Part shown: one piece after another, positions 8,050 to 17,947 of the stretch
Numbering within the stretch: position 1 is the first letter of the stretch
Layout: the number at the start of each line of letters is the position of its first letter
Assembly (NCBI GenBank): GCA_965222375.1
Contig: CBDCTZ010000015.1
Span: 1,536,001-1,600,000, forward strand
Direction of reading: 5' to 3'
Source: Polyangiaceae bacterium
GTDB lineage: Bacteria > Myxococcota_A > Polyangia > Polyangiales > Polyangiaceae
Length of the DNA stretch: 64,000 nucleotides
Made by a program: the position numbers and the translations under genes
Notes under the pieces: model-generated
Seen by the model: the letters and a program-made list of their open reading frames with translations, nothing else
Database searches by the model: none
What the model was told of the DNA's origin: nothing

Positions 8050-8427
8050 ATGTCGGAAGGCAAGGTATTGGGAATAGGTGGCGTATTCTTGCGTTCCAAG
8101 GACCCGGCGAGGCTGGCAGCTTGGTATCGCGACCAGCTCGGTTTCAACGCTACCGAAAGCGGCAAGCCGACGCCCGATGGGGATTGGACCTGGGAGCAGG
8201 AAGGCGGCCATACGGTCTTCGCCGCATTCTCCGACGACAGCGACTACTGGCAGGCGGAGCGTCAGGTGATGCTCAATCTGCGCGTCTCGGGGCTCGACGC
8301 GCTTGTTGCAAGGCTGGAAGCAGCCGGCGTGTCAGTGACCCGTCGCGAGGACATGGACGGCGTGGGGCGTTTCGCGCGGATCCACGATTGCGATGGCAAC
8401 CCGGTCGAGGTGTGGGAACCCGCGTGA
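8050..8427 (+). CDS. VOC/glyoxalase family protein
   Basis: VLGIGGVFLRSKDP..LAAWYRDQLG, MLNLRV..LDAL, GRFARIHDCDGNPVEVWEP; GAGGA RBS. Confidence 0.92.
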   Translation: MSEGKVLGIGGVFLRSKDPARLAAWYRDQLGFNATESGKPTPDGDWTWEQEGGHTVFAAFSDDSDYWQAERQVMLNLRVSGLDALVARLEAAGVSVTRREDMDGVGRFARIHDCDGNPVEVWEPA

Positions 8428-8671
8428 AACCGTCTGGCCCAACGCCGGGCGAGCTGTGGGAACCCGCGTGAAACCGTCTGACCCAACGCCGGCCGAGCTG
8501 TGGGAACCCGCGTGAAACCGTCTGACCCAACGCCGGCCGAGCTGTGGGAACCCGCGTGAAACCGTCTGACCCAACGCCGGCCGAGCTGTGGGAACCCGCG
8601 TGAAACCGTCTGACCCAACGCCGGGCGAGTTGTGGGAACCTGCGTGAAACCGTTTGACCCAACGCCGGGCG
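8411..8671. repeat. Tandem repeat, 6 x 44 bp
   Basis: TGTGGGAACCCGCGTGAAACCGTCTGACCCAACGCCGGCCGAGC starting at 8411, 8455, 8499, 8543, 8587, 8631. Confidence 0.95.
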
Positions 8672-8758
8672 CTCTGAGCGAGGTGCCGATGACGGCAAGG
8701 GCCGACACATGAAAACCAAACCAAACAGAACCTGCAGTCAGTTGGATGAACCGGACGC

Positions 8759-9808
8759 TCAGAACATGACCCAGGGCGAGGGCATGAACAGGCTGATCAG
8801 CATGGCCAGGGTTGCGACGGCGACCACGCGACGCACGGGTGAGAGCTTTTCGTCGTCGACGGGGGGGTGACCGAAACCGGAGTAGCGACCCATTAGGCGC
8901 AGCAAGATGATCGCAAAAACCCACATCAAGGATGAACTTGTCAGCGTCATCCACGAGTTGGCAAGTCCACGCTCGAGCGCCTGGGGCGCATGCACGAGCA
9001 GGTTGTAGACCAAAAGGGCGAGTGGAGTGTGTCTAAACCACTGCGCGAACCTGTTCTGTCTCTTGCCGAACAAGGCGAACGCGATATGACCGCCGTCCAA
9101 CTGGCCCACTGGAATCATGTTTAGGAACGTGACGAAGAACCCAACCCAAGCAGCAAGTGCCGTCGGGTGCAGCAACACATCCTGATCAGGACCGATCCTA
9201 CCGAACACAGCGGTCTTCAACGCCCAGTACAAGATGCTCTGGCCCTCTTGCACGTAGTGCTGTCCCTCTTGAAGCGCAGCGGGATCAAGCCTCGGCCCAA
9301 CCTCGGAAAGGGAAAGGCCAAGCAACATGACCGGGATGGCAACGACCATCCCGGCAATCGGGCCCGCCGCACCGATGTCGAGCAACGCGTTCGCAGAGCG
9401 GATCCGGCGCGGCATGATGATCACTGCGCCCATAGTTCCGAAGGGATTGAAGATCGGCAGCGGAATGAAGTACGGAAGAGATGCCGGCACACGGTGTATG
9501 CGCGCGGCGACATAGTGACCAAATTCGTGGGCGAGCAATATCGCGAGCAGTGGCACGGCGAACGTCCATGCACTGAGCCAGGTTTCCAGGGCCCCCATCC
9601 CCTCCCGCGCGGTCCACTGATAGGCGCCGACAAAGAAGACGCTGAGCACCGTCAACACGAACAGGATGACGTTGGTGCGCGTGTTGAACTTCGGCAGCGG
9701 GACCTGCGACTCCCTGGGTTCCTCCTCAGCCCGCGCGCCCAAAGGCACAGAGTCCGGCGCCGGCTCGCCCACGGCGGGGAAACTCGGCGGCACCTTGTCG
9801 TCGTTCAT
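8759..9808 (-). CDS. Site-2 protease (peptidase M50)
   Basis: HEFGH, AAGPIAG, NMIPVGQLDGGH; multiple TM segments. Confidence 0.93.
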   Translation of the reverse strand: MNDDKVPPSFPAVGEPAPDSVPLGARAEEEPRESQVPLPKFNTRTNVILFVLTVLSVFFVGAYQWTAREGMGALETWLSAWTFAVPLLAILLAHEFGHYVAARIHRVPASLPYFIPLPIFNPFGTMGAVIIMPRRIRSANALLDIGAAGPIAGMVVAIPVMLLGLSLSEVGPRLDPAALQEGQHYVQEGQSILYWALKTAVFGRIGPDQDVLLHPTALAAWVGFFVTFLNMIPVGQLDGGHIAFALFGKRQNRFAQWFRHTPLALLVYNLLVHAPQALERGLANSWMTLTSSSLMWVFAIILLRLMGRYSGFGHPPVDDEKLSPVRRVVAVATLAMLISLFMPSPWVMF

Positions 9809-10455
9809 GGCTTCAGGGATTCGCGGATCCGCTTGCCCAGCCGCTGCAGTTGGGGCCCGAGCTCGGCGTCCAGGGCGCCGATGTCGGTTTCGAGCAGGAG
9901 GTGACCGCGGGCGCGTTCTGGTGCTTCCGCGAAGGAGAGCGTGTGGGGCTCGAGACCCAGGGAGTCGACGCTCTTCTTCAACTCCGCAATGTCATCGGGG
10001 TGCGCGTGGATTTTCACCGCGCGAGCGCCCCGAGCTTCATGCAGTGCTTGCCGCGCGAGAGCCGTGACGCGACTCGGATCCGCGGCCAAGGTCTCGCCCA
10101 AAATGCGCTCGGCAAGCACGGTCGCGACCTGCACCACGCGATCTTGTGCACGAGCATCCATGCGGGACTCGAGCGCCTTGAGCTCGATCGCCCTGGCCGC
10201 CAGCGCTGCAGCGGCCTCGGCGCGTCCTTCGGCTTGAGCGCGCAGCTTCACGTCCGCAACTTCCCTCTCGGCGTCTGCGACCAGCTGGCGTGAGCGTGCC
10301 TCGGCGCTCTGGAGGATCTCTTTGGCTCGCTCTTCGGCGGCCACGACTTCCCGCGGAACGCGCCGCGCGGACGGCGCACCGGGCCCCGTGGGCACTTCCA
10401 CACGCCGCCATTCTTGACCCTGTGCCTTGAGCACCCGACCTCGCGCCATCGTCAT
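9805..10455 (-). CDS. FliH/SctL (YscL/HrpE) family protein
   Basis: Helical N-terminus with AQAEGRAEA; LAERILGE; VKIHAHPDD; LLETDIGALDAEL..QL. Confidence 0.8.
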   Translation of the reverse strand: MTMARGRVLKAQGQEWRRVEVPTGPGAPSARRVPREVVAAEERAKEILQSAEARSRQLVADAEREVADVKLRAQAEGRAEAAAALAARAIELKALESRMDARAQDRVVQVATVLAERILGETLAADPSRVTALARQALHEARGARAVKIHAHPDDIAELKKSVDSLGLEPHTLSFAEAPERARGHLLLETDIGALDAELGPQLQRLGKRIRESLKP

Positions 10456-10670
10456 CGCAGGCGTCGCTGCTCCAAGCCGCGAGCAATGCGCGCAAGCTCG
10501 CCAGCCAGTACTTTGGCGCGAACGCCGCGGTCATCGTGGGAAAGCTCACGCATCAGCGCTTCAGCACCCGTCGACGGCGCCAGCCCATCGAGCAGGGCCT
10601 CCCCGCGACGCTCCAAGAGATAACTAGCCGCCACGTAGCCGGTGGCAAAACATTCGGATTCATTCGTCAT
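10452..10670 (-). CDS. Small hypothetical protein
   Basis: 72 aa ORF overlapping both neighbours in an operon. Confidence 0.65.
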   Translation of the reverse strand: MTNESECFATGYVAASYLLERRGEALLDGLAPSTGAEALMRELSHDDRGVRAKVLAGELARIARGLEQRRLR

Positions 10671-11523
10671 TTAGCGAATACCGAGCATCATGCTGCTTGA
10701 CCCGACCCTCGGCAAGTAGCTTGTCGAGATGGGCCTGCAAGCTCAGGCGCGCCAGGGGCCACGCCAGCTTGGGTGTGTCGTAGTAGACCCGCTCCAAAAG
10801 TGACTCTGAGTTCAGGCTGCCGTCGGCAAGAGCTGCGGTCACTTTGTGCTCGCGCATCAAGCGGTGGCGCACGTAGTGCTCGAAATGGGCCGTGGGTTCC
10901 TCGATGGGATCCCCGTGCGCGGGCAGCGCCACCTCGGCCGCCAAATCGGCGAGCCGACGTAGTTGGTCCAGGTAGACGCGCATGTCGCCGTCGCCGGGTT
11001 CGATCAGAATGGTGCCGACGCTAGCCACCATGTCACCAACGATCACGGCTCCGGCGTCGCGCTCCAGCAAGCAAATGTGGCCGGGGGCATGACCGGGCGT
11101 GTGCAACACCTCCCAGCGTTGACGCGTCGGTCCGTCCAACTCGATGCAGTCCCCATCTTCGAGTCGCCGCGCAACCTCGACGCCCTGCAAGCGCTCCGCG
11201 GTCTCGTGATGAGCCCACACCGGCAGTTCGGTCTGGTCTGAGAGAAACGCCGCACCTCCCACGTGGTCGGCATGGTGGTGAGTCACCACGATGCCGACGG
11301 GGCGGCGCCCCTGGCTCTCGAGGCCACGAACCCACTGAAGCCATCGAAGTCGCTCGTCGTCGTAGGGTGTAGCCGGCTCGACCAACACCAGCTCGCGCCG
11401 ACCCAGCGCGTAAGAATTCGTATGGGTTGCAGGCGGCAACGTTGGCGTACGCGCCGCAAGCGATTCGATACCGTCGGCGATCAGCTGGCCTAACACTCGA
11501 GGTCTCCCGAGCGGCAATCCCAT
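10660..11523 (-). CDS. MBL-fold metallo-hydrolase (LACTB2-like with C-terminal winged helix)
   Basis: THHHADHVGG, HTPGHAPGH, VGD, PAHG. Confidence 0.92.
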   Translation of the reverse strand: MGLPLGRPRVLGQLIADGIESLAARTPTLPPATHTNSYALGRRELVLVEPATPYDDERLRWLQWVRGLESQGRRPVGIVVTHHHADHVGGAAFLSDQTELPVWAHHETAERLQGVEVARRLEDGDCIELDGPTRQRWEVLHTPGHAPGHICLLERDAGAVIVGDMVASVGTILIEPGDGDMRVYLDQLRRLADLAAEVALPAHGDPIEEPTAHFEHYVRHRLMREHKVTAALADGSLNSESLLERVYYDTPKLAWPLARLSLQAHLDKLLAEGRVKQHDARYSLNDE

Positions 11524-11572
11524 TGACGGGCTGCCGCTCGACGCACGACGGATGCCGCGACCGAGTTGCCCC

Positions 11573-12763
11573 TCACACGCGCTCGACCACCACGGCCACG
11601 GCCTCGCCACCACCGATGCACAGGGTGGCCAGGCCACGCTGGACCTTCTGGTCACGCATGGCGAAGAGCAGCGTGGTCAAAATGCGCGCGCCGCTGGCCC
11701 CAATCGGATGCCCCATGGCTACGGCGCCACCGCGGACGTTCACCTTGGCCGCATCGAGGCCGGCCAACTGGTTGCAGACCATGGCCACGCAAGAGAAGGC
11801 CTCGTTGATCTCGAACAAGTCGATGTCGTCAGCCTTGAGCTTCAGCTTCTGCAGCGTGTTGTCGATAGCCTTGGCGGGCGCAGTCGTGAACCACTCCGGC
11901 GCTTGCGCCGCTCCGCCATAACCGACAATCCGGGCCAAGGGCTCGAGGCCCTGTTCCTTCACGGCCTTGCCCGTCGCGAGCACGAGTGCGGAAGCGCCGT
12001 CGTTGATGCTCGAGGCGTTGGCAGCAGTGATGGTGCCATCCTTCGCGAAGGCAGGACGCAGCTTGTCGAACTTTGCTGGGTTGCCTTTTCCGGGCTCCTC
12101 GTCCTCCGTCACCATGATCGGATCGCCCTTGCGCTGCGGCACGGCGACCTCCGCAATCTCGCTCTTGAAGAGTCCTTCTTTCTGAGCAGCGATGGCGCGT
12201 CGGTAGCTCTCACGCGCGTACTCATCCTGGGACTCGCGGCTGAACTTGTACTCTTTGGCGCATAGCTCACCGGCTTGGCCCATGTGGAAATCGCTGTAGG
12301 GATCCCAGAGCCCGTCGAGGATCATGCCGTCGACGATCTTGCCGTCGCCCATGCGGTAGCCCGTGCGTGCCTTGTCCAGGTAGTACGGAACCTTGGACAT
12401 GGACTCCATGCCGCCGGCGATCGCAACGTCCACGTCGCCTAGCATCAGCGCACGGCTTGCGAGCACGACGGACTGCAGCCCAGAGCCACACACCTTGCTC
12501 ACCGTCGTGCACGGCACGCTGTCCGGGATCTGCGCGAAGCGCGAGGCCTGTCGAGCCGGCGCTTGGCCGATGCCCGCAGAAAGCACGTTGCCCATGTAGA
12601 CCTCTTGGATCTGGTCGGGGCTGACTTTGGCCCGCTCCACTGCCGCACGAATCGCAACCTCACCCAGCCGGGGCGCCGTCAGCGTGGACAGAGCACCAAG
12701 ATAAGACCCAATTGGAGTGCGGGCGGCACTTACGACGAAGACCTCGTTTACATGATGCGTCAT
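11573..12763 (-). CDS. Acetyl-CoA C-acetyltransferase (thiolase)
   Basis: KVCGSG, EINEAF, GHPIGASG, LCIGGG. Confidence 0.96.
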   Translation of the reverse strand: MTHHVNEVFVVSAARTPIGSYLGALSTLTAPRLGEVAIRAAVERAKVSPDQIQEVYMGNVLSAGIGQAPARQASRFAQIPDSVPCTTVSKVCGSGLQSVVLASRALMLGDVDVAIAGGMESMSKVPYYLDKARTGYRMGDGKIVDGMILDGLWDPYSDFHMGQAGELCAKEYKFSRESQDEYARESYRRAIAAQKEGLFKSEIAEVAVPQRKGDPIMVTEDEEPGKGNPAKFDKLRPAFAKDGTITAANASSINDGASALVLATGKAVKEQGLEPLARIVGYGGAAQAPEWFTTAPAKAIDNTLQKLKLKADDIDLFEINEAFSCVAMVCNQLAGLDAAKVNVRGGAVAMGHPIGASGARILTTLLFAMRDQKVQRGLATLCIGGGEAVAVVVERV

Positions 12764-13016
12764 CGGACTCTCCTCACTTCGCGGCACGGCTCGGCGTGCG
12801 GGCCCGCCGGTTTAACGCGCTTTTCTTGCAGTGACCAGGCCCCGAGATGACGTCCGTCGCGCGCGAGTCGGCACCGCTTGTTGGGGATAGCGCTGACACC
12901 TGTGCAGTGCCACTCGGGGTGTGACGCGCTGCGCAGCAAACCCAAAGAACGGACAACCCCGCGTGTCGCCTGGCTTTTCCCGTGCTAAATGCCTGCCCGG
13001 CGAGTGGAGGTTCGGG

Positions 13017-14210
13017 ATGCGCAAAGGCTTTTCTGTCTTGTTTGGAGTGTTGGGCTGCGCTGCGATGCTGGCACCACCAGCGTGTAGCAGCGCTTCGGGT
13101 GGCAGCGGCGGCGGTGCAGGCGGCAGCGCGGCTGGAGGCGGCGTGGGTGCAACCGGTGCGATTGGCGGCACGGGCGCCGGCGGTGGAGCCGGTGGGCTGC
13201 CCGCAGGTTGCGCCTCCGAGAAGTACACCGGCGAACTCGTTCCAGCTGACATGTTCGTGATGCTCGACCGCAGTGGCTCGATGAATGACTCGGGCAAGTG
13301 GGGCGCGGTCACCAAGGCCATCAACGACTTCGTACAGCTGCCCAATTTGAGCAAGCTCGGAATGGGCATCGCATTTTTCCCGACCAAGCCCGCAGTCCCG
13401 CCGCCCACAGCGCCTTGTACCTCCGACATCGACTGCGGCGCCTACGGCCCCTGTATCCCCGGGTTCAATCAGTGCAACGGCGCCTTGGCGCCCAACGATT
13501 CGTGCGTCGCGCCGGACTATGCAAAGCCCGCTGTGCCCATCGCGGATCTTCCTGGAGTCGGCTCGGCCATCGCGACAGCGATTTCCGGTCAGTCACCCGG
13601 CGGTGATTCGACACCTGCGGCACCAGCGCTCGAAGGTGCCATCGACTACGCCCAGTCCTGGGCGGCTCAGCACACGGATCGCGTCGTCATCGTGGTCTTC
13701 GCCACGGATGGCGAGCCCACCAACTGCAACCCGAACCGCGTCGATACCGTGGCCGCACGAGCCAAGGAGGGTCTCGACGGCACGCCCAGCGTCAAGACCT
13801 TCGTCATCGGCGTCGGCCAAGAGCTGACCACCCTCAACCTGATCGCCAAGGAGGGTGGCACGGACAAGGCGGTACTGGTCAGTACGGGCAACGCAGCCCA
13901 GGAGTTCTTGGCGGCCCTCAACAAGATCCGAGGCGCCATCGGCTGTCAGTACCTGATCCCGAAGCCCGCGACCGGCGACCCGGACTACGGAAAGGTGAAC
14001 GTCGCGTTCACGCCGAACGGGGGAGCCCAAGAGGTCTACCCGAAGGTAAACGACGCCTCCGGCTGCGTCGGCCAAAAAGCCTGGTACTACGACAACCCCT
14101 CCAGCCCGACCCAGATCGTGCTCTGCCCGGCGGCCTGCGATCAGGTCGAGAACACCCAGGGCGGCGGCGTGACCGAGGTGGTTCTTGGCTGCAAGACGGT
14201 CGTGCGTTGA
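13017..14210 (+). CDS. vWA-domain Cys-rich lipoprotein (CglB-like architecture)
   Basis: Lipoprotein-type signal ending PPAC; MIDAS DRSGS...T...TDGEP; VKTFVIGV; WYYDNP..PTQIVLCPAAC. Confidence 0.85.
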   Translation: MRKGFSVLFGVLGCAAMLAPPACSSASGGSGGGAGGSAAGGGVGATGAIGGTGAGGGAGGLPAGCASEKYTGELVPADMFVMLDRSGSMNDSGKWGAVTKAINDFVQLPNLSKLGMGIAFFPTKPAVPPPTAPCTSDIDCGAYGPCIPGFNQCNGALAPNDSCVAPDYAKPAVPIADLPGVGSAIATAISGQSPGGDSTPAAPALEGAIDYAQSWAAQHTDRVVIVVFATDGEPTNCNPNRVDTVAARAKEGLDGTPSVKTFVIGVGQELTTLNLIAKEGGTDKAVLVSTGNAAQEFLAALNKIRGAIGCQYLIPKPATGDPDYGKVNVAFTPNGGAQEVYPKVNDASGCVGQKAWYYDNPSSPTQIVLCPAACDQVENTQGGGVTEVVLGCKTVVR

Positions 14211-14344
14211 CTCGTAACATATTGAATTAACTGATCATTTTGACCAGCTGCGCGGCATCAGGCGCGCGGCTGAGAAAGCTTGCTAGGCTGCCGACTGGTC
14301 TGTGCGCGGGGGTCGCGCCAAGCCGCCTTTGAAAGGGTCGTTCC

Positions 14345-16528
14345 ATGCTTCGTAAGCTCGTAGCCTTTGGTGCAATTGGCATTGTCTCCGCGTCGATCGG
14401 CGCCTGCTCGAGCAGCGAAGACAGTACCCCCGGAACCAACCCCGGTGGCGGGAGCGCCGCCTTGGTTCCGCCCGGCAAAGCCGACAACTACTTCAGCACC
14501 GAGGGCCAGGAGTACACGGTCAGCGGGGCCACTTGGGGCACTCAGGACCAGACTTGCCTGACCAACAACGCATCCTCCCCGGATGCTGCCAAGCGCTGCA
14601 CCCTGGAGGCCATCACCCTCAAGAACTTCTCCATCGCCTGGTTCCTCAACCAGTACATCATCGACAAGCACGACGCGCCCAACGAGGACTGGGGCGGCTT
14701 CACTGCGATGACCCGCCCCGCGAGCTACGAGGCCCTCGAGGTGGGCGACCCGGACGCCGAAGGCAAGTTCAACTACACCTTTACGAGCGAAATCTCAGGC
14801 CCCCTCGATCTGATCAGCAGCATCCCAACAGAGCCCTGCGGCGAGGACCGTTGCTTCACTTTGGAAGTCCCGGTTCTGCCGAACTCCACGCTTTCCCAAA
14901 TGGATACGGGCAACGAGTGGTATCGGAAGGCGCCCTACAAGCAATACAAGCCTGAGACCTACACGGGTGAAAAGGAAACCCTCACCCTACGCATCAAGCC
15001 CTATCCCCGCTCGAACGATGCCTACCTCGAGTACAACAAGCTGTTTTCCGATGAGCAGCTCGCCAAGGCGGGCGGCGGCCTGAAGATCGGCCTGTTCGTG
15101 GGCTGGGACTACTACGACGCCCGTTACGATCTGCAGACTGCAAAGGAATTGTACCGGTGGTTGACCGAAGATCGCGGCTTCGCCAGCCCCGTTGGCAGCT
15201 ACGACGAACTCAAGATCGACTCCGGTGAGTTCACCAAGACGATCCAGGTCAATGGCAAAGAAGTGCCCGTCTCCGTCTTGCTCGTGCATCCGGGTCAAGG
15301 CGATCCGGCCAACACCACCTTTGCCGGACAGATGAAGAGCGCCCTGATCGATTCCTTCGGCAATCGTCAGGTCATCATCTACGAAGGCCACGCTGGGCCC
15401 CTATATGGCTTCGCTCTTGGCGACTGGAACGCCACCGAAGCTGGTGAGCTCGACGACTCCGAGCTACCCGGTCTGGCCATCCCCGAGAACTTCTATCAGC
15501 TGGTGCTGGCCAGCGGCTGCGACACCTACATGGTCGCGGACTCGCTGTACCAGAACCCCGTCAAGCAAGGCCGCGTCGACATGGACGTGATCACCACCAC
15601 GAGCTTCAGCAACGCGGGTGGCCGCGGCCGCACCGCGAAGATCGCCGTGGAAGCGGTCATCAACCAAGACGAAAACGGCCAGCTCGAGCCGCAGATGTAC
15701 GGCGAGATCATCCGCAAGCTCAACCAGGAGTACTGGATGACGCCCATCTACGGCGTGCACGGCCTGGACGACAATCCGCGCTTCAACCCCTTCGCGGACT
15801 TCTCCAAGCTCTGCCAGAGCTGCGAGAACAACAGCACCTGCGGCGGCTACGGCTCCAGCTGCAACGACTATGGCAACGGCAGCAAGTACTGCGGCACCAA
15901 GTGCGAGTCGGACAACGACTGCCCCACGGGTTACACCTGCTTCGACATTCGCGAAGGCAACGACCTCATTGGCAAGTCCTGTGCGCCAGCTTCGCTGTCC
16001 TGCGAGAGCCCCGGAGGCCAAGAACCGTCGGTGTGGATCAACGAGATCCACTACGACAACACCGGTCTAGACACGGGTGAGGGCGTCGAGATCGCCGGCA
16101 CCGCGGGCGTCGACCTGACCGGCTACACGGTCGTGCTCTACAACGGAAAGCCCAGCCAATTGCGGCCGTATCGCACCATCGAGCTCGAGGGCTCCATCCC
16201 GCAACAGTCCGGCCAAGGCGGCACTCTGTGGGTAGCCGCGACCGTGCAGAATGGCGGTAGCAGTGGCGGCGAGCCCGACGGCGTGGCCCTCGTCGACGCG
16301 CAAGGCAAGGTCGTGCAGTTCCTCTCCTACGAGGGCAGCTTCACGCCGACCAACGGCCCCGCCATGGGCCAGGCGTCGACGGACATTGGCGTTGCCCAAG
16401 CTTCGACGAACCCCATCGGACAGAGCCTATCTCTGGTCGGCACCGGCGGCGACTACTCCGCGTTCACCTGGCAAGCCGACGCAACCGCAAGTCCCGGCGA
16501 ACCCAACCCCGGTCAGACCTTCAACTGA
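14345..16528 (+). CDS. Large lipoprotein: putative His/Cys peptidase-like core, Cys-rich module, C-terminal lamin-tail-like domain
   Basis: Lipobox IGAC; GKAD motif; IYEGHAG...ASGCDTY; VWINEIHYDN..D..EGVEI...SPGEPN. Confidence 0.75.
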   Translation: MLRKLVAFGAIGIVSASIGACSSSEDSTPGTNPGGGSAALVPPGKADNYFSTEGQEYTVSGATWGTQDQTCLTNNASSPDAAKRCTLEAITLKNFSIAWFLNQYIIDKHDAPNEDWGGFTAMTRPASYEALEVGDPDAEGKFNYTFTSEISGPLDLISSIPTEPCGEDRCFTLEVPVLPNSTLSQMDTGNEWYRKAPYKQYKPETYTGEKETLTLRIKPYPRSNDAYLEYNKLFSDEQLAKAGGGLKIGLFVGWDYYDARYDLQTAKELYRWLTEDRGFASPVGSYDELKIDSGEFTKTIQVNGKEVPVSVLLVHPGQGDPANTTFAGQMKSALIDSFGNRQVIIYEGHAGPLYGFALGDWNATEAGELDDSELPGLAIPENFYQLVLASGCDTYMVADSLYQNPVKQGRVDMDVITTTSFSNAGGRGRTAKIAVEAVINQDENGQLEPQMYGEIIRKLNQEYWMTPIYGVHGLDDNPRFNPFADFSKLCQSCENNSTCGGYGSSCNDYGNGSKYCGTKCESDNDCPTGYTCFDIREGNDLIGKSCAPASLSCESPGGQEPSVWINEIHYDNTGLDTGEGVEIAGTAGVDLTGYTVVLYNGKPSQLRPYRTIELEGSIPQQSGQGGTLWVAATVQNGGSSGGEPDGVALVDAQGKVVQFLSYEGSFTPTNGPAMGQASTDIGVAQASTNPIGQSLSLVGTGGDYSAFTWQADATASPGEPNPGQTFN

Positions 16529-16566
16529 GCCGGCACGCAACGGGGGACCTCGCCGTCCGGTCAAAT

Positions 16567-17217
16567 CTAGCGACGAGGACTGCCACGCCCCTTCTTGCGG
16601 CGTGTTGAGCCGCGCGCACGACTCGCCGCTGGGCGCACCGCGCGGTCGAGTTCCTGCAATAGCCGTTTGCCGCGATGGAATCCGCGTTGCTTCACGAGTT
16701 CTAGCGCGAGGCGTGCCTGCTTTAGATCCTTTGAGTTAGCGTGTGCTACGAGTTCGCGGATGTCGTCGGCATCTTGGGGTCGATCCCGGTCGTCTCGTGC
16801 CAAGATCTTCATTGCCAACAGATGACCGAGGGTCGCGACCGGCACCTTGAGGCGGGGTAGCACCGTCAGCTTTTCTGCCTCCGCTACAATTTCCGGTTCG
16901 ATCCCGGATGACGCGAACAGGAGGTCGACGAACAACCCGGCTTCGGCAGTGAGTCGCACCGTCGCCAGACGACCCCTGGACTTCTGCTCGATGGCCACGG
17001 CCAGTTGGTAACCTCTGGCCAACATTGCATGCACGACCTCTTCGGCTTCCTCGTCGCCGGACGAGGAGACCGCCACATCCACGTCGCGCGTCGTCCTTGG
17101 CTCTGCGCGCGCGCCAACGGCCAGACCACCCACCAGCGCCCAGTGACACCCGCACGCGTCCAGGTCCTTCAGCGCCTGTCGGAGCGTCGACTCGAGGAGG
17201 TTCTTTTTCGAGGCCAC
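16567..17217 (-). CDS. Nucleotidyltransferase (AbiEii/DUF6036-like), putative toxin
   Basis: ALVGGLAV...PRTTRDVDVAV; VDLL; LLAMK...QDADD; GTG start at 17217. Confidence 0.85.
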   Translation of the reverse strand: MASKKNLLESTLRQALKDLDACGCHWALVGGLAVGARAEPRTTRDVDVAVSSSGDEEAEEVVHAMLARGYQLAVAIEQKSRGRLATVRLTAEAGLFVDLLFASSGIEPEIVAEAEKLTVLPRLKVPVATLGHLLAMKILARDDRDRPQDADDIRELVAHANSKDLKQARLALELVKQRGFHRGKRLLQELDRAVRPAASRARGSTRRKKGRGSPRR

Positions 17218-17408
17218 TCTACGGGTGTCCCGACCGCGTCTCCTGGGCTGGAGCGGGTCTGCCGCCATTGTTTGACTCGGCGTTCGATCTCCGTACGCGA
17301 CAGCGCGGGACTCCGACGCCGTAGGTTGGCGCGCAGCTGGGACTCCGCAATCGAAAAGAGTTCCAGCATGATTTCGACGCGGCCCCGCGGCGTGTCGGCG
17401 CGTTCCAT
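17169..17408 (-). CDS. Small protein overlapping the NTase start, putative antitoxin
   Basis: 79 aa, LELFSIAESQLRANLRRRSPALSRTEIERRVKQW; TA-like gene order. Confidence 0.6.
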   Translation of the reverse strand: MERADTPRGRVEIMLELFSIAESQLRANLRRRSPALSRTEIERRVKQWRQTRSSPGDAVGTPVEWPRKRTSSSRRSDRR

Positions 17409-17919
17409 GCTTCGACCATAGCACGCTAGGTATCGTGAAACGGGACAGAGCTGTCGCTGGTGCCGCAAGGGAAGCTCGGCCGCGTCGACGCCTATCGCGC
17501 CCGTAGAGCCTAGCTGCGGCTTTTTCCGGAGTCATCAGTTTCCCCAGCGCCGTGCCCAGCACGTCGGGCGAATGTACAACCTGCTCACGGTTGCGCAGCA
17601 CGGCGCGGTGGGCTCCGTCCGTTTCGCGCACTTCAAATACGATCGTCGGGTGTCACGCCGATTGGGCGTCCACTCATCTCGATGGGCTTCGCGCAAGCGA
17701 AGGTGAGATCCGGCGAGAAGCCACGGTCGAGTTCGCAGGCGCCGACGCGTAGTCGTCGAGTGCTTGATAGGCGACTCGCATTCGCGTGTGAGTGCTTGTC
17801 GTAGAGGGTGCGATGTTCACCTACCGTTTGTCCGGACCGCATTCGGACGCCGTCCGGAATCGCGCCGCGCGACGGAGCGTCGATCGGTTTGAAACTTCGA
17901 TTCATCGCGCAACGTCGCT

Positions 17920-17935
17920 TGGCCCACGCTTTGCT
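17920..17935 (+). promoter_or_regulatory. Possible sigma-54 (-24/-12) promoter of the amidase gene
   Basis: TGGCCCACGCTTTGCT has GG-N10-GC spacing; implies an almost leaderless mRNA. Confidence 0.35.
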
Positions 17936-17947
17936 CAAGGGGCGACC

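Noticed and set aside
8411..8671. CRISPR array (units contain GTGAAAC)
   Set aside because: Units are head-to-tail with no unique spacers and derive from the VOC gene 3' end; no cas genes.
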